Assembly (NCBI GenBank): GCA_050486245.1
Contig: JBJHCX010000002.1
Location: 117,448 to 181,447 of the forward strand
Reading direction: 5' to 3'
DNA from: Rhodohalobacter sp.
GTDB lineage: Bacteria > Bacteroidota > Rhodothermia > Balneolales > Balneolaceae
Length of the DNA stretch: 64,000 nucleotides
Made by a program: the position numbers and the translations under genes. Below the pieces are notes generated by a model. The model had not been told where the DNA came from and searched no databases. It saw nothing but the letters and a program-made list of their open reading frames with translations. Position 1 is the first letter of the stretch. Each line of letters starts with the position of its first letter. Shown here one piece after another: positions 19,452-29,266 of the stretch.

Positions 19452-20948
19452 ATGGCAACAAACGATACGGGTAAAGAACGATTTGCTACGAAATGGGGAC
19501 TCATACTCAGTGTGCTCGGAATTGCAGTGGGTACCGGTAATATCTGGCGGTTTCCCAGAATTGCTGCTGAAAACGGGGGGGAAGCCGGTGCAGGTGCATT
19601 TCTGATTGCCTGGGTTACCTTTCTGTTTATTTGGTCCATTCCGCTTATTATTGCAGAGTATGGCATTGGCCGGAACGGCAGAAAAGGGGTGATCGGCTCC
19701 TACATCAAAATGGCCGGTAAGCAGTTTGCCTGGATGGGGGCCTTTATCGGGTTTGTTGCCACAGCCATTATGTTCTACTACAGTGTGGTTGCCGGATGGT
19801 CGCTCTACTATCTGGTCGAATCGGTGATCGCACCGCTTCCCCAGAATGTTGACCAGGCGAGTGCGGTATGGGAAGGGTTTCAATCATCGGCCTGGCCTTC
19901 TGTCTTTCATGCCATTATGATTACCCTTGGCGGACTTGTCATCCTGAAGGGTGTAAAAAGCATTGAGCGCATTAATGTGATATTAATTCCCTCTCTGTTG
20001 CTGGTTCTGGTGATCTCACTCTTCAGGGCACTGACGCTCGAAGGGAGCGGTGCCGGTATCGCCTACCTTTTTACACCCGACTGGGCAACCCTGAAAGAGC
20101 CCCGGCTTTGGCTCGATGCACTGACACAAAATGCCTGGGATACCGGAGCTGCATGGGGACTGATTCTAACCTACGGTGCCTACATGCGCTATAAGGATGA
20201 TATCACCATCAGTGCATTCCAGACGGGTATTGGAAACAACCTGGTATCACTGATGGCTGCAGTGATCATCTTTTCGATCGTTTTTGGAACACTCGGTTCA
20301 GATATGAGCCACAGCCAGGTGCTGGAGATTATGCGTGATTCGGGCCCCGCTTCAACCGGCCTGACCTTTATGTGGATGCCACAGTTATTTGAAGTGATGA
20401 CCGGCGGCAAAATCTTTGCAATACTGTTCTTCCTGGGGCTGACGTTTGCGGCATTCAGCTCCCTGATCTCGATGATTGAACTTGCCACAAAAGTCTTTAT
20501 CGATATGGGTGTAACCCGTACCAAAGCTACCATCGCTGTTTGCACGGCAGGATTCATTTTTGGATTGCCATCGGCTATTTCACTGGATGTTTTTGCCAAC
20601 CAGGATTTTGTGTGGGGAGTCGGACTGATGGCGTCGGGCGGACTGGTCGCCTTTGCCGTGATGAAATATGGAACTGAAAACTTCAGGGAAGAGCTCGTAA
20701 ATAATGAACACAGCCGGTTTAAACTGGGCAGGTGGTGGTCATTTATCGTACGGTATGTGATACCGATTGAGGTGATAACCCTGCTTGGATGGTGGATCTA
20801 CCTGAGTGCAACAAGTTTTGCCCCCGATACCTGGTTCAATCCGCTGAGTCCGTTTTCTGTTGCTACGGTACTGGTTCAGTGGGGACTGGCCGTTGCACTG
20901 TTCAAGTTTTACAATCGCAGGATCGTTGAAAAAACGATTCTGAACTGA
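19452..20948 (+). CDS. Sodium-dependent transporter (NSS/SNF family)
   Basis: AVGTGNIWRFP, GAGAFL, FYYSVVAGW, AAFSSLISMIE. Confidence 0.93.
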   Translation: MATNDTGKERFATKWGLILSVLGIAVGTGNIWRFPRIAAENGGEAGAGAFLIAWVTFLFIWSIPLIIAEYGIGRNGRKGVIGSYIKMAGKQFAWMGAFIGFVATAIMFYYSVVAGWSLYYLVESVIAPLPQNVDQASAVWEGFQSSAWPSVFHAIMITLGGLVILKGVKSIERINVILIPSLLLVLVISLFRALTLEGSGAGIAYLFTPDWATLKEPRLWLDALTQNAWDTGAAWGLILTYGAYMRYKDDITISAFQTGIGNNLVSLMAAVIIFSIVFGTLGSDMSHSQVLEIMRDSGPASTGLTFMWMPQLFEVMTGGKIFAILFFLGLTFAAFSSLISMIELATKVFIDMGVTRTKATIAVCTAGFIFGLPSAISLDVFANQDFVWGVGLMASGGLVAFAVMKYGTENFREELVNNEHSRFKLGRWWSFIVRYVIPIEVITLLGWWIYLSATSFAPDTWFNPLSPFSVATVLVQWGLAVALFKFYNRRIVEKTILN

Positions 20949-21059
20949 TCATCAGACAGGGGGCAAGTGTTAAAGCAGAGATTTCTGTGAGGTGCCTTGC
21001 TGATACTGAATGAGCGAAAGTGCTGTTAGATTCAGCAAATCCCAATAAAAACTGGAAGA

Positions 21060-21222
21060 AACAAAAATGGCCGCTCTCGCGGCCATTTTCGTCTTGGTGT
21101 GTGCGATTGGAAAGCGCTGCTCAAGACGCTTCCCAAAAGTCCCTGCTTGATCACTTGGATACTCTCACATAAAACATCAATGTCAATTTCTCTCACTTCT
21201 GTACAATGGATGTTTGCTTCTA
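21060..21222 (-). ncRNA. Candidate structured small RNA
   Basis: Two internal stems plus a GNRA-capped terminator in a 480-nt intergenic gap; boundaries approximate. Confidence 0.45.
21063..21089 (-). terminator. Intrinsic terminator, possibly bidirectional
   Basis: Minus strand reads aaaatggccgc-GAGA-gcggccattttt. Confidence 0.8.
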
Positions 21223-21430
21223 TCTGTAAGGCACAGAATTTCAGGATTCCTTACAGATTTTCTGAATTTTTTTTCGATTTATATAAGTGTAAATATATCA
21301 ATAACTAAAGAGAGTGGGTAAGAGTGTTTGTTGAGGGTTGTTTAAAATATTTTGGCAGTAAAATACCCGAATCAGAGAGTGAACCGGCGCAGAACATTCT
21401 GTTTCGTATGCCGGAAAAGGGAGGGTTACC

Positions 21431-21994
21431 CTATGTTTTGTCAGACAGTTTTTGGTCGATGCTCTTTAGGGTTTGGTGAATTTCCTGCAGGATTAAAGCA
21501 AGATTTGGGTCGGCATTGTCTGAACTGCCGGAGTTGCGATAGTGGCTCTTGTCAGTGATTTCATCTCGCTGATCGAGAACCATCTGCCGAAAATCGCGGG
21601 CATCCACAATTCCGGTCAGAGACATATCGGCCATTCCCTGTGCGCTCTGTCCTGCAGTTTCTATCATCAGCTTGCTCAGCCCGAGATACCTTAGAATGGG
21701 GCCTTCCTGAAATGTAAGATCCTGGATTTTATCCAGCGGAATGGTTCGTTCGGTTTGAAACCAGATGCCTTTTTTGAAGTGAAGGGCTCTGGAGGTCAGT
21801 TCACAATGGAGGTTTTCGAAATATCGATTCACATAGATCCGTCCAAATACCAGCCAGAAGGGGAGTATGACGATACCCACAACCGTAACCAACAGAATGA
21901 GTGCTGTACCATAATAGGTGTATGCTTTCAGTTTCAGGTCAAATTCAGCCTTTTTGATAGAAGCTGCCCTGCGTTTTTCCTTATTTTTCATCAT
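21431..21994 (-). CDS. Bacterial PH-domain (bPH_2, YdbS-like) membrane protein
   Basis: Hydrophobic N-terminal hairpin, then KGIWFQTERTIPLDKIQDL..EGPILRYLGL..L.IETAG; ATG 21994 chosen. Confidence 0.85.
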   Translation of the reverse strand: MMKNKEKRRAASIKKAEFDLKLKAYTYYGTALILLVTVVGIVILPFWLVFGRIYVNRYFENLHCELTSRALHFKKGIWFQTERTIPLDKIQDLTFQEGPILRYLGLSKLMIETAGQSAQGMADMSLTGIVDARDFRQMVLDQRDEITDKSHYRNSGSSDNADPNLALILQEIHQTLKSIDQKLSDKT

Positions 21995-22180
21995 CCCAAC
22001 GTGTTTTAGAATTATCTGTGATCCTGGCAGAACCGGATTTTGATCTCCATCTTCCGGAGGGTATCGGCTGGTTGATATCCTCACATATCCACAGATTGAT
22101 TCGGTTTGTAACCATCCTCTGGCCCTGGAGTTGAAGATAAACCCTGATTCTGCAAAGTCTGCGTTTATAACTGTTGGATG

Positions 22181-22207
22181 TTACGGAAAAACAGACAGTT
22201 TGTTACA
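22181..22207 (-). promoter_or_regulatory. Putative ECF sigma promoter TGTAAC-N16-CGTAA
   Basis: Motif and spacing resemble the B. subtilis SigW/SigX consensus; lies upstream of the bPH_2 gene. Confidence 0.5.
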
Positions 22208-22219
22208 CAAAAGTGCAGA

Positions 22220-22801
22220 TCAGGAATCATCATTTCCGTTTGAGGAGGACTCCTCTTTGGCGATAAACTTCAAGGCTGCAGAATTCATGCAGTAGCGTAG
22301 TCCGGTTGGCTCGGGTCCATCGTCAAACAGGTGTCCGAGGTGGGATTTGCACCGGCTGCAGATGATTTCTGTCCGTGTCATAAAGAGGCTGTTGTCCTCC
22401 TTTTCATCCACAGCTTCCTCACGGATGGGAGCCCAGTAGCTGGGCCATCCGCTGCGGCTGTTGTATTTGGTCTCTGAACTGAAAAGAGGCTGGCCACACC
22501 CTTTGCATACATACACTCCATCCTCATAATGGCTGTTGTATTTGTTAATAAAGGGCATTTCAGTTCCTTTATTTCTGAGTACCCGGTACTCATCGGAACT
22601 GAGAATCTCTTTCCACTCTTTATCGCTTCGTTCAACCGGTTTTTTGGAACTGTCTGACATTGCTGAAGTGTAGGTTATCAATTGAAGATGACGGTGTAGT
22701 TCTGTTCCATAGGCCTCTGAAGGGGCATTCCGTCCGGTTTCCGAACAGGAAGCCAGAATTAGCGGTATGGTTGCCAGAATAAAGGTTATGGACGCTTTCA
22801 T
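22220..22801 (-). CDS. msrB: Peptide-methionine (R)-S-oxide reductase, with lipoprotein-type signal
   Basis: GTE, CKGC, SGWPSY, CSRC.SHLGHLFDDGP, RYCMNS; N-terminal ILASC. Confidence 0.95.
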   Translation of the reverse strand: MKASITFILATIPLILASCSETGRNAPSEAYGTELHRHLQLITYTSAMSDSSKKPVERSDKEWKEILSSDEYRVLRNKGTEMPFINKYNSHYEDGVYVCKGCGQPLFSSETKYNSRSGWPSYWAPIREEAVDEKEDNSLFMTRTEIICSRCKSHLGHLFDDGPEPTGLRYCMNSAALKFIAKEESSSNGNDDS

Positions 22802-22851
22802 GCTGTTCTAACGAACTTTTTTGAAACTTCATTCTCTGGAAACCCTGAAAT

Positions 22852-24039
22852 TCAGATTTCGATGGTATCCTTTTGAAAATGTTTGATTGTGCGGGTTCGG
22901 CGTTTTTTCAGGTCAATCGAAGCGCGGGTATATCCGCCGCCCGATCCGTCGATAAAATGGATGTGATTACTCTGATATTTCTTTACATAGCAGGTCGTGA
23001 TCGTGGAGCTGGATTCGTGAAGGCCATAAACGATCACACCTTCATGATACAGTGCTTTCAGGTAAGCGGTCAGTTCTCTTTTCATCTTCCGGTTGCCGGT
23101 GAGGATCATAATGAGGTCACTTTCAAACTTTCGAAAGTCTGAGTTTGCCACAAAATCGGGCTTGTAGTCAGACCAATTGGTTTCGGAGGTCTTGATTCCA
23201 AGCTTCATCAGCCATTTTCCTGTGAGTTGCAGGCAATACAATTTCAAATAATAGTGGAGTTTCTTCAGGAGAGATGCTGCTGACCGGGTTTTGGTTTCTG
23301 CCCAAAGGTTTTTTGGGCGAAATGACAGTTTCATATCGGTTGCCCTGACCGGGTTCAGATCTTCATTTCCTTCAAAGATGAGGTGTATACGTTTCAACAC
23401 CTGGCGATAGATTTCCAATTTTGACTTGTAATAGGGGGGGACGGCCGAGACGATCAGGGAAATGGCTATTTCATTGGCTGGAAAAGGGTTCCATCGGCAC
23501 TCCAGTCCGGTAAGGTCGATGGGGTATGGTGAAGTGGTATGAGTTATTTTTTTAGACTTTTTTTTAATTCTTCGTTCACCTTCTATCAGTCCGCTTCCCA
23601 TAAAAGCGGCTTGTGTCACATTTTCGGATAACCGGTATTTGGCAACATAGACGGGGGCATCAAGCCGGTTAAGTGACAGAATGGGGATCACACCGGCAGC
23701 CAGATTCAGATTGAATGTTTTTTTAGCGTGAATGCGGCATCCGATGAGAACCTGCTCCACCTGTTTTTTGTAGCTTGCAGGGAAGGCGATGACGGCACCG
23801 TCTCCCGAAAACGAGAACGGCAGGTCCAGTTGTTTCAGCTCGTTTGAGACGGCTGCGATCATAGAGGCACCCATCATGTTCACCTGGCGATATTTTCCCT
23901 GCTTTACATGTCTTGTGGAGTTTCTGACATCAGATATTGCAATACACCATGACTCGGGAAGCCGTGTATAATTTTTTGGTTCGGCTAGTTGACTGAACAG
24001 ATCTGTTTCAGGCAGGTGTTTATAAAAGTGGATGTCCAT
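22852..24039 (-). CDS. DUF3095 family protein
   Basis: SDVRNST..V..G.YR.VN, FSGDGA, LTGLECRW, NSDFRKF, HIHFIDGSGGGY. Confidence 0.8.
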   Translation of the reverse strand: MDIHFYKHLPETDLFSQLAEPKNYTRLPESWCIAISDVRNSTRHVKQGKYRQVNMMGASMIAAVSNELKQLDLPFSFSGDGAVIAFPASYKKQVEQVLIGCRIHAKKTFNLNLAAGVIPILSLNRLDAPVYVAKYRLSENVTQAAFMGSGLIEGERRIKKKSKKITHTTSPYPIDLTGLECRWNPFPANEIAISLIVSAVPPYYKSKLEIYRQVLKRIHLIFEGNEDLNPVRATDMKLSFRPKNLWAETKTRSAASLLKKLHYYLKLYCLQLTGKWLMKLGIKTSETNWSDYKPDFVANSDFRKFESDLIMILTGNRKMKRELTAYLKALYHEGVIVYGLHESSSTITTCYVKKYQSNHIHFIDGSGGGYTRASIDLKKRRTRTIKHFQKDTIEI

Positions 24040-24150
24040 CGGATGGCCGGTTCAAGTCCCTGTGTTCGGGGCTTCTCAGCAGCTGGTACGGATTCATGCC
24101 AGCATTTGATTGTTTGTCCCTCTGCTACACGTTTCATTATAAATAACTAA

Positions 24151-24771
24151 CTATTTATGAAAAAGAAAATTGAAAAAGAAGAGGACTGAGTCGATTCCCG
24201 GATTTTCATGGGCCCTGTACCCATTGGAGAGGTGATGTAATTTATAGCCAACCTGAACAGCCATACCGGATGTTGCCTGAAACTGGTAACCCATTCCGGT
24301 GTCAAGGGTGAAGTTAAACCGTGCGCCATTTCCATTGGGAAAATGGCGGCTGGTTACCAAAAATCCTGTTGATGCGGTTAAAAATGGGAACCGGTCGCCA
24401 TCGGATAAGGGGATCTGTGCAATAAACGGGGTCATCCCAATCCCGTAAATCGACTCCCTGGGCCCGTCCCGCCCATCATCAGGGTACTCGATCCAGCCCA
24501 GCATGGCCAGGTCTGAACTCAGCTGTGCTTGAATGGAGAACAGTTCCACTTCACTGTGAGTGAACCCGAGTTTCAGGAAAAGGTGTCTTGTGTTGAGCAT
24601 TTTTCCCCAGGCCCTGAAAGAGGTGGGGGCATAGGTAGCCGAAAAATTCAGAGATTGAAAACGGTTTGATTGTTCCGTTTCATCCTGGCTATAGGCTGGG
24701 TCAACACATAGTTGGCTCAACAGCAGAAATACGATTGCTGAGATCAATAACTTTTTGACTGGAACGGTCAT
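24151..24771 (-). CDS. PagL-like lipid A 3-O-deacylase / acyloxyacyl hydrolase beta-barrel
   Basis: Signal peptide; FNF..G.G; HHLSNG...NPGIDS catalytic-type motif. Confidence 0.75.
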   Translation of the reverse strand: MTVPVKKLLISAIVFLLLSQLCVDPAYSQDETEQSNRFQSLNFSATYAPTSFRAWGKMLNTRHLFLKLGFTHSEVELFSIQAQLSSDLAMLGWIEYPDDGRDGPRESIYGIGMTPFIAQIPLSDGDRFPFLTASTGFLVTSRHFPNGNGARFNFTLDTGMGYQFQATSGMAVQVGYKLHHLSNGYRAHENPGIDSVLFFFNFLFHK

Positions 24772-24780
24772 TCTGTGAAA

Positions 24781-25104
24781 CTAAAGCTGCTTTTTATGTA
24801 TATAAGCGGCCACAGCCCATATAAAGCCCCAGCCGGCGGCAGTAATGTAGTAAGTTCCGATCAGTAAAAACAGTGTATTTAAAAAGTAGATCAGGTGATA
24901 GACCCATGCAGGTGCCTGCGTGACACTCTTTTTTGTCACCGCCCTGAAATTTTGGCTAAACAGGGTAAACGCTCTTGCCAGTACCATCAGGGCTGTATAG
25001 ATATAGAGCACATAGGTGAGGACGACAGAGGAGTCGAAAAATACGACCAATGCAATGACCAGTGTGGTGATCAGGTCAACAACAATATTCTTAAGCCACT
25101 GCAT
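24781..25104 (-). CDS. Hypothetical small membrane protein
   Basis: 107 aa with about 4 hydrophobic segments; ATG 25104. Confidence 0.75.
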   Translation of the reverse strand: MQWLKNIVVDLITTLVIALVVFFDSSVVLTYVLYIYTALMVLARAFTLFSQNFRAVTKKSVTQAPAWVYHLIYFLNTLFLLIGTYYITAAGWGFIWAVAAYIHKKQL

Positions 25105-25127
25105 ACAATTGGAAAAGATGAGAAATG

Positions 25128-25155
25128 AAAAAAGGCACCCGAAGGAAGGTGCCTT
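25128..25155 (-). terminator. Intrinsic terminator after the cold-shock gene
   Basis: aaggcacc/ggtgcctt stem with a T-run on the minus strand. Confidence 0.7.
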
Positions 25156-25166
25156 CATTTGAACTG

Positions 25167-25379
25167 TTATGGCAGTTCGATAACTTCTTTTGCCTGCAGG
25201 CCTTTATCTCCTTCGGCAATAGTAAATTCAACCTTCTGTCCTTCAGTCAGCTTTTTAAAGCCATCGGTTTGAATCTCTGAATAGTGTACAAATACGTCTT
25301 CACCACCGTCTCTTGTGATAAAACCGTACCCTTTGCCATTATGAAACCATTTAACAGTTCCAACTTCACGATTTTCCAT
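25167..25379 (-). CDS. cspA: Cold-shock protein
   Basis: GTVKWF..KGYGFI..DVFVHYS (RNP1/RNP2). Confidence 0.95.
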   Translation of the reverse strand: MENREVGTVKWFHNGKGYGFITRDGGEDVFVHYSEIQTDGFKKLTEGQKVEFTIAEGDKGLQAKEVIELP

Positions 25380-25672
25380 AGTAGAATCCCAACTTTGTTC
25401 CCATTGTAGTCTTTAATTCAGTTACCGCCCCGGGGAGGACAAATAACCATTTCGTTGGCTAAAATAGTTTGTTCGAACCTATTTAGCAATAATCTTTAAA
25501 AATAGCTGATAAATGATCAGAAATGAGGAAAATTGAATTTTATTTGTCAATCTGACTCTATAGTATATTGTTGAATTTGGCTTGAATTGAGCATGAACCG
25601 ACATGTATGTGCACAGATGCACACAGTGGTGCTTTGCGAGGGCAGGTTCAGAAGAGTACTTTGAGTACCAGA

Positions 25673-26260
25673 TTATCGTTCAATCTCCAGTTCTGCAATA
25701 TAGACCAGCTGTGAAGAATCCAGTTTTGGTGTACCGTTATGCAGAGAGGTTCTCCAGAGGATTCCGGACCGGTCATGTACATCTACCAAATACCCTTTGT
25801 ATTTGATCACATTTCCGGTTTTCAGTTTTTTCAGTTTCTCTTCAATCTCTTCATTTGCAGGTATGGCATGCATATAGAGTATTTCGCTTCGAATCTGGTT
25901 AAACGTGAGAGGCGGCCTGATGACATCGATTTTGTAATCCCTTCCGCGAATGGGTGTTTTGATCTGATCGATAATGCGTTCATCCGACATTTTACCCCAG
26001 CCCAAAACAAAATCTACAGGCGACAGGCTCGATTTTTCATCAAACCAATAGCGCTGATTTGACAGAATGCGTGAGGTTCCCTCAATCCGGTATCGAGGCT
26101 GCAGAGTATAGTGCTCGATCTCCTGCCCGCTCATCTGGAATCCGCGTTGAACGGTCGGGGCATCCGGGGCCAGCACGCCTGCACCGTGTTTAATGGGCCG
26201 CTGATCCCACAAATAGAATGAAACTGCTAAAACCAGTATCAAAAATAGATGTTTTAACAT
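25673..26260 (-). CDS. Hypothetical protein with N-terminal anchor
   Basis: 195 aa; N-terminal TM; SPVDFVLGWG, MHAIPAN, GYLVDV. Confidence 0.75.
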   Translation of the reverse strand: MLKHLFLILVLAVSFYLWDQRPIKHGAGVLAPDAPTVQRGFQMSGQEIEHYTLQPRYRIEGTSRILSNQRYWFDEKSSLSPVDFVLGWGKMSDERIIDQIKTPIRGRDYKIDVIRPPLTFNQIRSEILYMHAIPANEEIEEKLKKLKTGNVIKYKGYLVDVHDRSGILWRTSLHNGTPKLDSSQLVYIAELEIER

Positions 26261-26447
26261 GGTGAGTCACCTTTGGTTCTTGTTTTAGTAACAAGAGTCA
26301 CAGAGAGCAAAATTGTTACAATTTTATTTAGAAACTATTTGAATTTTTTAACGATCACGCTGTCTAACTGTTTGTCATACAATTATTACAGCCTTCTAAT
26401 AAAAAATGAAAATATTTTTGGCTCCTGCCGGGGCCAGATGAGCTATA

Positions 26448-26481
26448 CCCGGAACCATTGCTTTTGTTCCGGGATTTTTTT
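26448..26481 (+). terminator. Hairpin with T-run on the plus strand
   Basis: cccggaac-N10-gttccggg followed by atttttt. Confidence 0.5.
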
Positions 26482-26508
26482 GATTCAGGGAGTTGTAAGG
26501 GGATGTTC

Positions 26509-28539
26509 TCAGAAAAGGTCAACCTGCAGTCCGGCCCGAAACCACCGGTCGCTGCCGGGCTCGAAATAACGCCCGCCAAAGGCATTGATCGCCACGGATG
26601 TGTTATACCGTGTGTTGAACAGGTTGTGAACCGATATGAACGGCCGAAGGGTGCTGCCGGGAAGCAGATCTTCCAGCGTGATGGAGTATCGAATATTCAC
26701 CAGCGCATAGCTGTCATTTTGTACGCTGTTGTTGTTGTCTGCCATATAGCTTCCTACCCATTCGGTGTCGAGGCTGAAGTAGTGTTCGCCCGGTGTGAAT
26801 GAGAGGATGGAACCAGCCCGCAGCGGTGAAACTCCCGGCAGTTCATTGCCATCAAACTCACCCCCGGAAAATTCGGCTCTCAGGTAGGTAAACATGGTTT
26901 CCAGCCTGAGCGATGGAGCAGCCTGCCAGGTCAGTGTTGTCTCAGCACCGTAGTGAATCGTATTGCCTTCATTTCTGAAGTAGGTAGGTCCGTCGCTTTC
27001 AAGCTGATACGGGAACAGCAGGTCGTATACTCTCATGCCGAAGAGTGTCAGATCGTAGCTGATGCTTCCGGCGTGTCCCTGTATTCCGGATTCAAGGCTT
27101 ACCGAACGTTCAGGGTTAACATTCTGATTAAAGCCGTTTCCGCCTTCGGGACGGTTAACCAGTTCAGTGGTTGTCGGGGATTCAAAACTGGTGCTGAAAT
27201 TCAGAAACAGCCGTGAACGGTCCATCCGGTAGTTCATCCCAACCGACGGATTTACCGAGAAAAAAGTTCTGGAGCCTTCCTGTTCTTCGCCAATCTCATC
27301 GTCGGTGTTAAAGTGGAGCCAGTCTGCCCGGACCCCAGCACTGGCGGTAAGCCGTTCGGTTACGGGTATCCCAACCCGGGTGAAGAGGGCGGTGTTGGCA
27401 ACCGTCTCTGTTTGCTGTACTTCAATTTCATCTCCGCGTGTCCCGTTTATATTGTCTGTTTCAAGACGGTCATCCTGTTGAACTTTCAGCTCAACCCCTG
27501 AATCCCAGTCAAAGGGGAGGGTTGTGGTTTCGTAGGTAGCCCTCAGGCTTCCTGCAAGTCGTTCCAATCCGATATAGCCGAACGGCAATGGGTTGTGGAG
27601 ATCCCTCCAGGTACCGTTCGTTGTCAATTTCCAGATGCCACGCTGCTGTTCGTTGATGTAGGCGGCCGAAAGCATGGCCTGGTCGAACTGCTTTCCGGCA
27701 GAGCTGTTGACAAATGTGGGAGTGGCTGCCGTCGGATTTTCTGCTGCATCTTCGCGGTTCAGGGCTCCCGGATGCTGGGCTTTCGGCATGGATGTGAAGG
27801 CCGATCGAAGCAGCAGCCGGCTGCTGGGGTTTAATTCCCGCTCCAGGTTGATACCTGCACGAAAGAGCTGGGCGGCACTGTGGTCACGAAACCCGTGGGT
27901 TTCAAAATAGGTGCCATATCCATAGATGTGTGAATGGCCGGTGCGGGTATTGAATCTGATCTCCTGCTTAAGGGTCTGATTGGATCCGCCATACCCTCTG
28001 TACTGAATTGAGGGGCCGCCAACTTCAGGTTTTGTTGAAAGGTGAAGCACCCCGCCGCTTGAATTGCCCCAGAAGGTTGCAGAAGGCCCGCGCAACAGCT
28101 CAATGCGGTGAACCGTGGCCGGATCTATCATGTTCATAATCGTCTGGCCATCGGCAACGGTCAGCGGCATATCATCGAGTATGACCTGAACACCCCGAAC
28201 CCCGAACTGTGAGCGCCATCCGAGTCCCCTGATCGTCATGCGTTCGCCCAGGGCATAGTTTTCCCGGTTGGCAATATAGACTCCGGGAAGGGTAAAAGAG
28301 AGCTCATCCATGGTGGCAGCGGGGCGGGAGGCTATTTCTGTGGCATCCCGAAGCCTGTAACTGACAGAAAGCGGAGCCCTGTCCATGGTAATGGTTGAGT
28401 AGGCCGATTCAACTACAATCTCCTCAAATTCCACCCGGAGTGAATCATTTACGGTTTGTTGCCCGTAAAGGGTTGAAGTAGCGGCAACGGTTAGCATCAA
28501 AAATGAGATGAAAATTTGAACAGGATATGCAGAATTCAT
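26509..28539 (-). CDS. TonB-dependent receptor
   Basis: Signal peptide, plug motifs IRGLG...VILDD.P and RIELLRGP.A..WG...GGV, NLFN..Y, C-terminal F; ATG 28539 chosen. Confidence 0.93.
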   Translation of the reverse strand: MNSAYPVQIFISFLMLTVAATSTLYGQQTVNDSLRVEFEEIVVESAYSTITMDRAPLSVSYRLRDATEIASRPAATMDELSFTLPGVYIANRENYALGERMTIRGLGWRSQFGVRGVQVILDDMPLTVADGQTIMNMIDPATVHRIELLRGPSATFWGNSSGGVLHLSTKPEVGGPSIQYRGYGGSNQTLKQEIRFNTRTGHSHIYGYGTYFETHGFRDHSAAQLFRAGINLERELNPSSRLLLRSAFTSMPKAQHPGALNREDAAENPTAATPTFVNSSAGKQFDQAMLSAAYINEQQRGIWKLTTNGTWRDLHNPLPFGYIGLERLAGSLRATYETTTLPFDWDSGVELKVQQDDRLETDNINGTRGDEIEVQQTETVANTALFTRVGIPVTERLTASAGVRADWLHFNTDDEIGEEQEGSRTFFSVNPSVGMNYRMDRSRLFLNFSTSFESPTTTELVNRPEGGNGFNQNVNPERSVSLESGIQGHAGSISYDLTLFGMRVYDLLFPYQLESDGPTYFRNEGNTIHYGAETTLTWQAAPSLRLETMFTYLRAEFSGGEFDGNELPGVSPLRAGSILSFTPGEHYFSLDTEWVGSYMADNNNSVQNDSYALVNIRYSITLEDLLPGSTLRPFISVHNLFNTRYNTSVAINAFGGRYFEPGSDRWFRAGLQVDLF

Positions 28540-28602
28540 TTTTAGTTCTGTTGTGAAATATGTAAGCTTTTGCCTTGAATGATGTAACACTACAAGATAA
28601 AG

Positions 28603-28911
28603 ATGAAATTTACAGAATCGTTCAGACGAATCTTTTTTTTACATTTTGAATGGATGGCCCTGACGGCCGGGCTGCTGCTTATGGCTTTTTTAGACCCCTT
28701 CGGGAGCGGTACCACGCTATGCCTGTTTGAACGTGCCGGCTTTTCCTACTGCCCCGGAGAGGGACTGGGAAGGTCGGTGGCTTTGGCTTTTCGCGGTGAA
28801 CTCCAGGCATCTTTTCAGCTTCATCCGGCCGGAATCGCAGCCATTTTGATTCTGACCGGTAGAATTCTATCCATTTTTTACAGAAACCACAAACTTAACG
28901 TAAAGCTCTGA
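28603..28911 (+). CDS. DUF2752 family protein
   Basis: LCLF...CPGEGLGRS...HPAG. Confidence 0.8.
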   Translation: MKFTESFRRIFFLHFEWMALTAGLLLMAFLDPFGSGTTLCLFERAGFSYCPGEGLGRSVALAFRGELQASFQLHPAGIAAILILTGRILSIFYRNHKLNVKL

Positions 28912-28915
28912 GACG

Positions 28916-29266
28916 ATGAAAGTATTTGAATATCTGCCTGAAATCGAAGGTGATGAACAGCAATATATCAGCCGGCTTCTGGAGGAGATTCCGGATGATA
29001 AAACGGAGGTGTTTGTACGGGCCTACAAAGCCCGGAGAAAAGATCCCCTGCTCATACTTGTGCTGGCCCTTCTCGGTTTTTTCGGAATTGCAGGTATTCA
29101 CAGGTTTTTTGTCGGACATATTGGAATGGGGATTCTCTATTTTATTACGGCCGGACTCTGTTTTATCGGTACGATCGTGGATATGATCAACTATAAGAAT
29201 TTTGCATTTGAGTATAACCGAAAGGTAGCCCTGCAAATTAAAGGTGAACTGAATATTGCTGTATGA
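28916..29266 (+). CDS. TM2 domain-containing protein
   Basis: GIHRFFVGHIGMGILYFITAGLCFIGTIVD. Confidence 0.88.
   Translation: MKVFEYLPEIEGDEQQYISRLLEEIPDDKTEVFVRAYKARRKDPLLILVLALLGFFGIAGIHRFFVGHIGMGILYFITAGLCFIGTIVDMINYKNFAFEYNRKVALQIKGELNIAV

Noticed and set aside
21099-21308. 69-aa plus-strand ORF over the sRNA candidate
   Set aside because: GTG start immediately after a terminator and no recognisable features; RNA structure explains the region better
24046-24062. gccGGTTCAAGTCC resembling a tRNA T-loop
   Set aside because: The T-stem does not close, there is no acceptor or anticodon arm, and the upstream sequence is DUF3095 coding DNA
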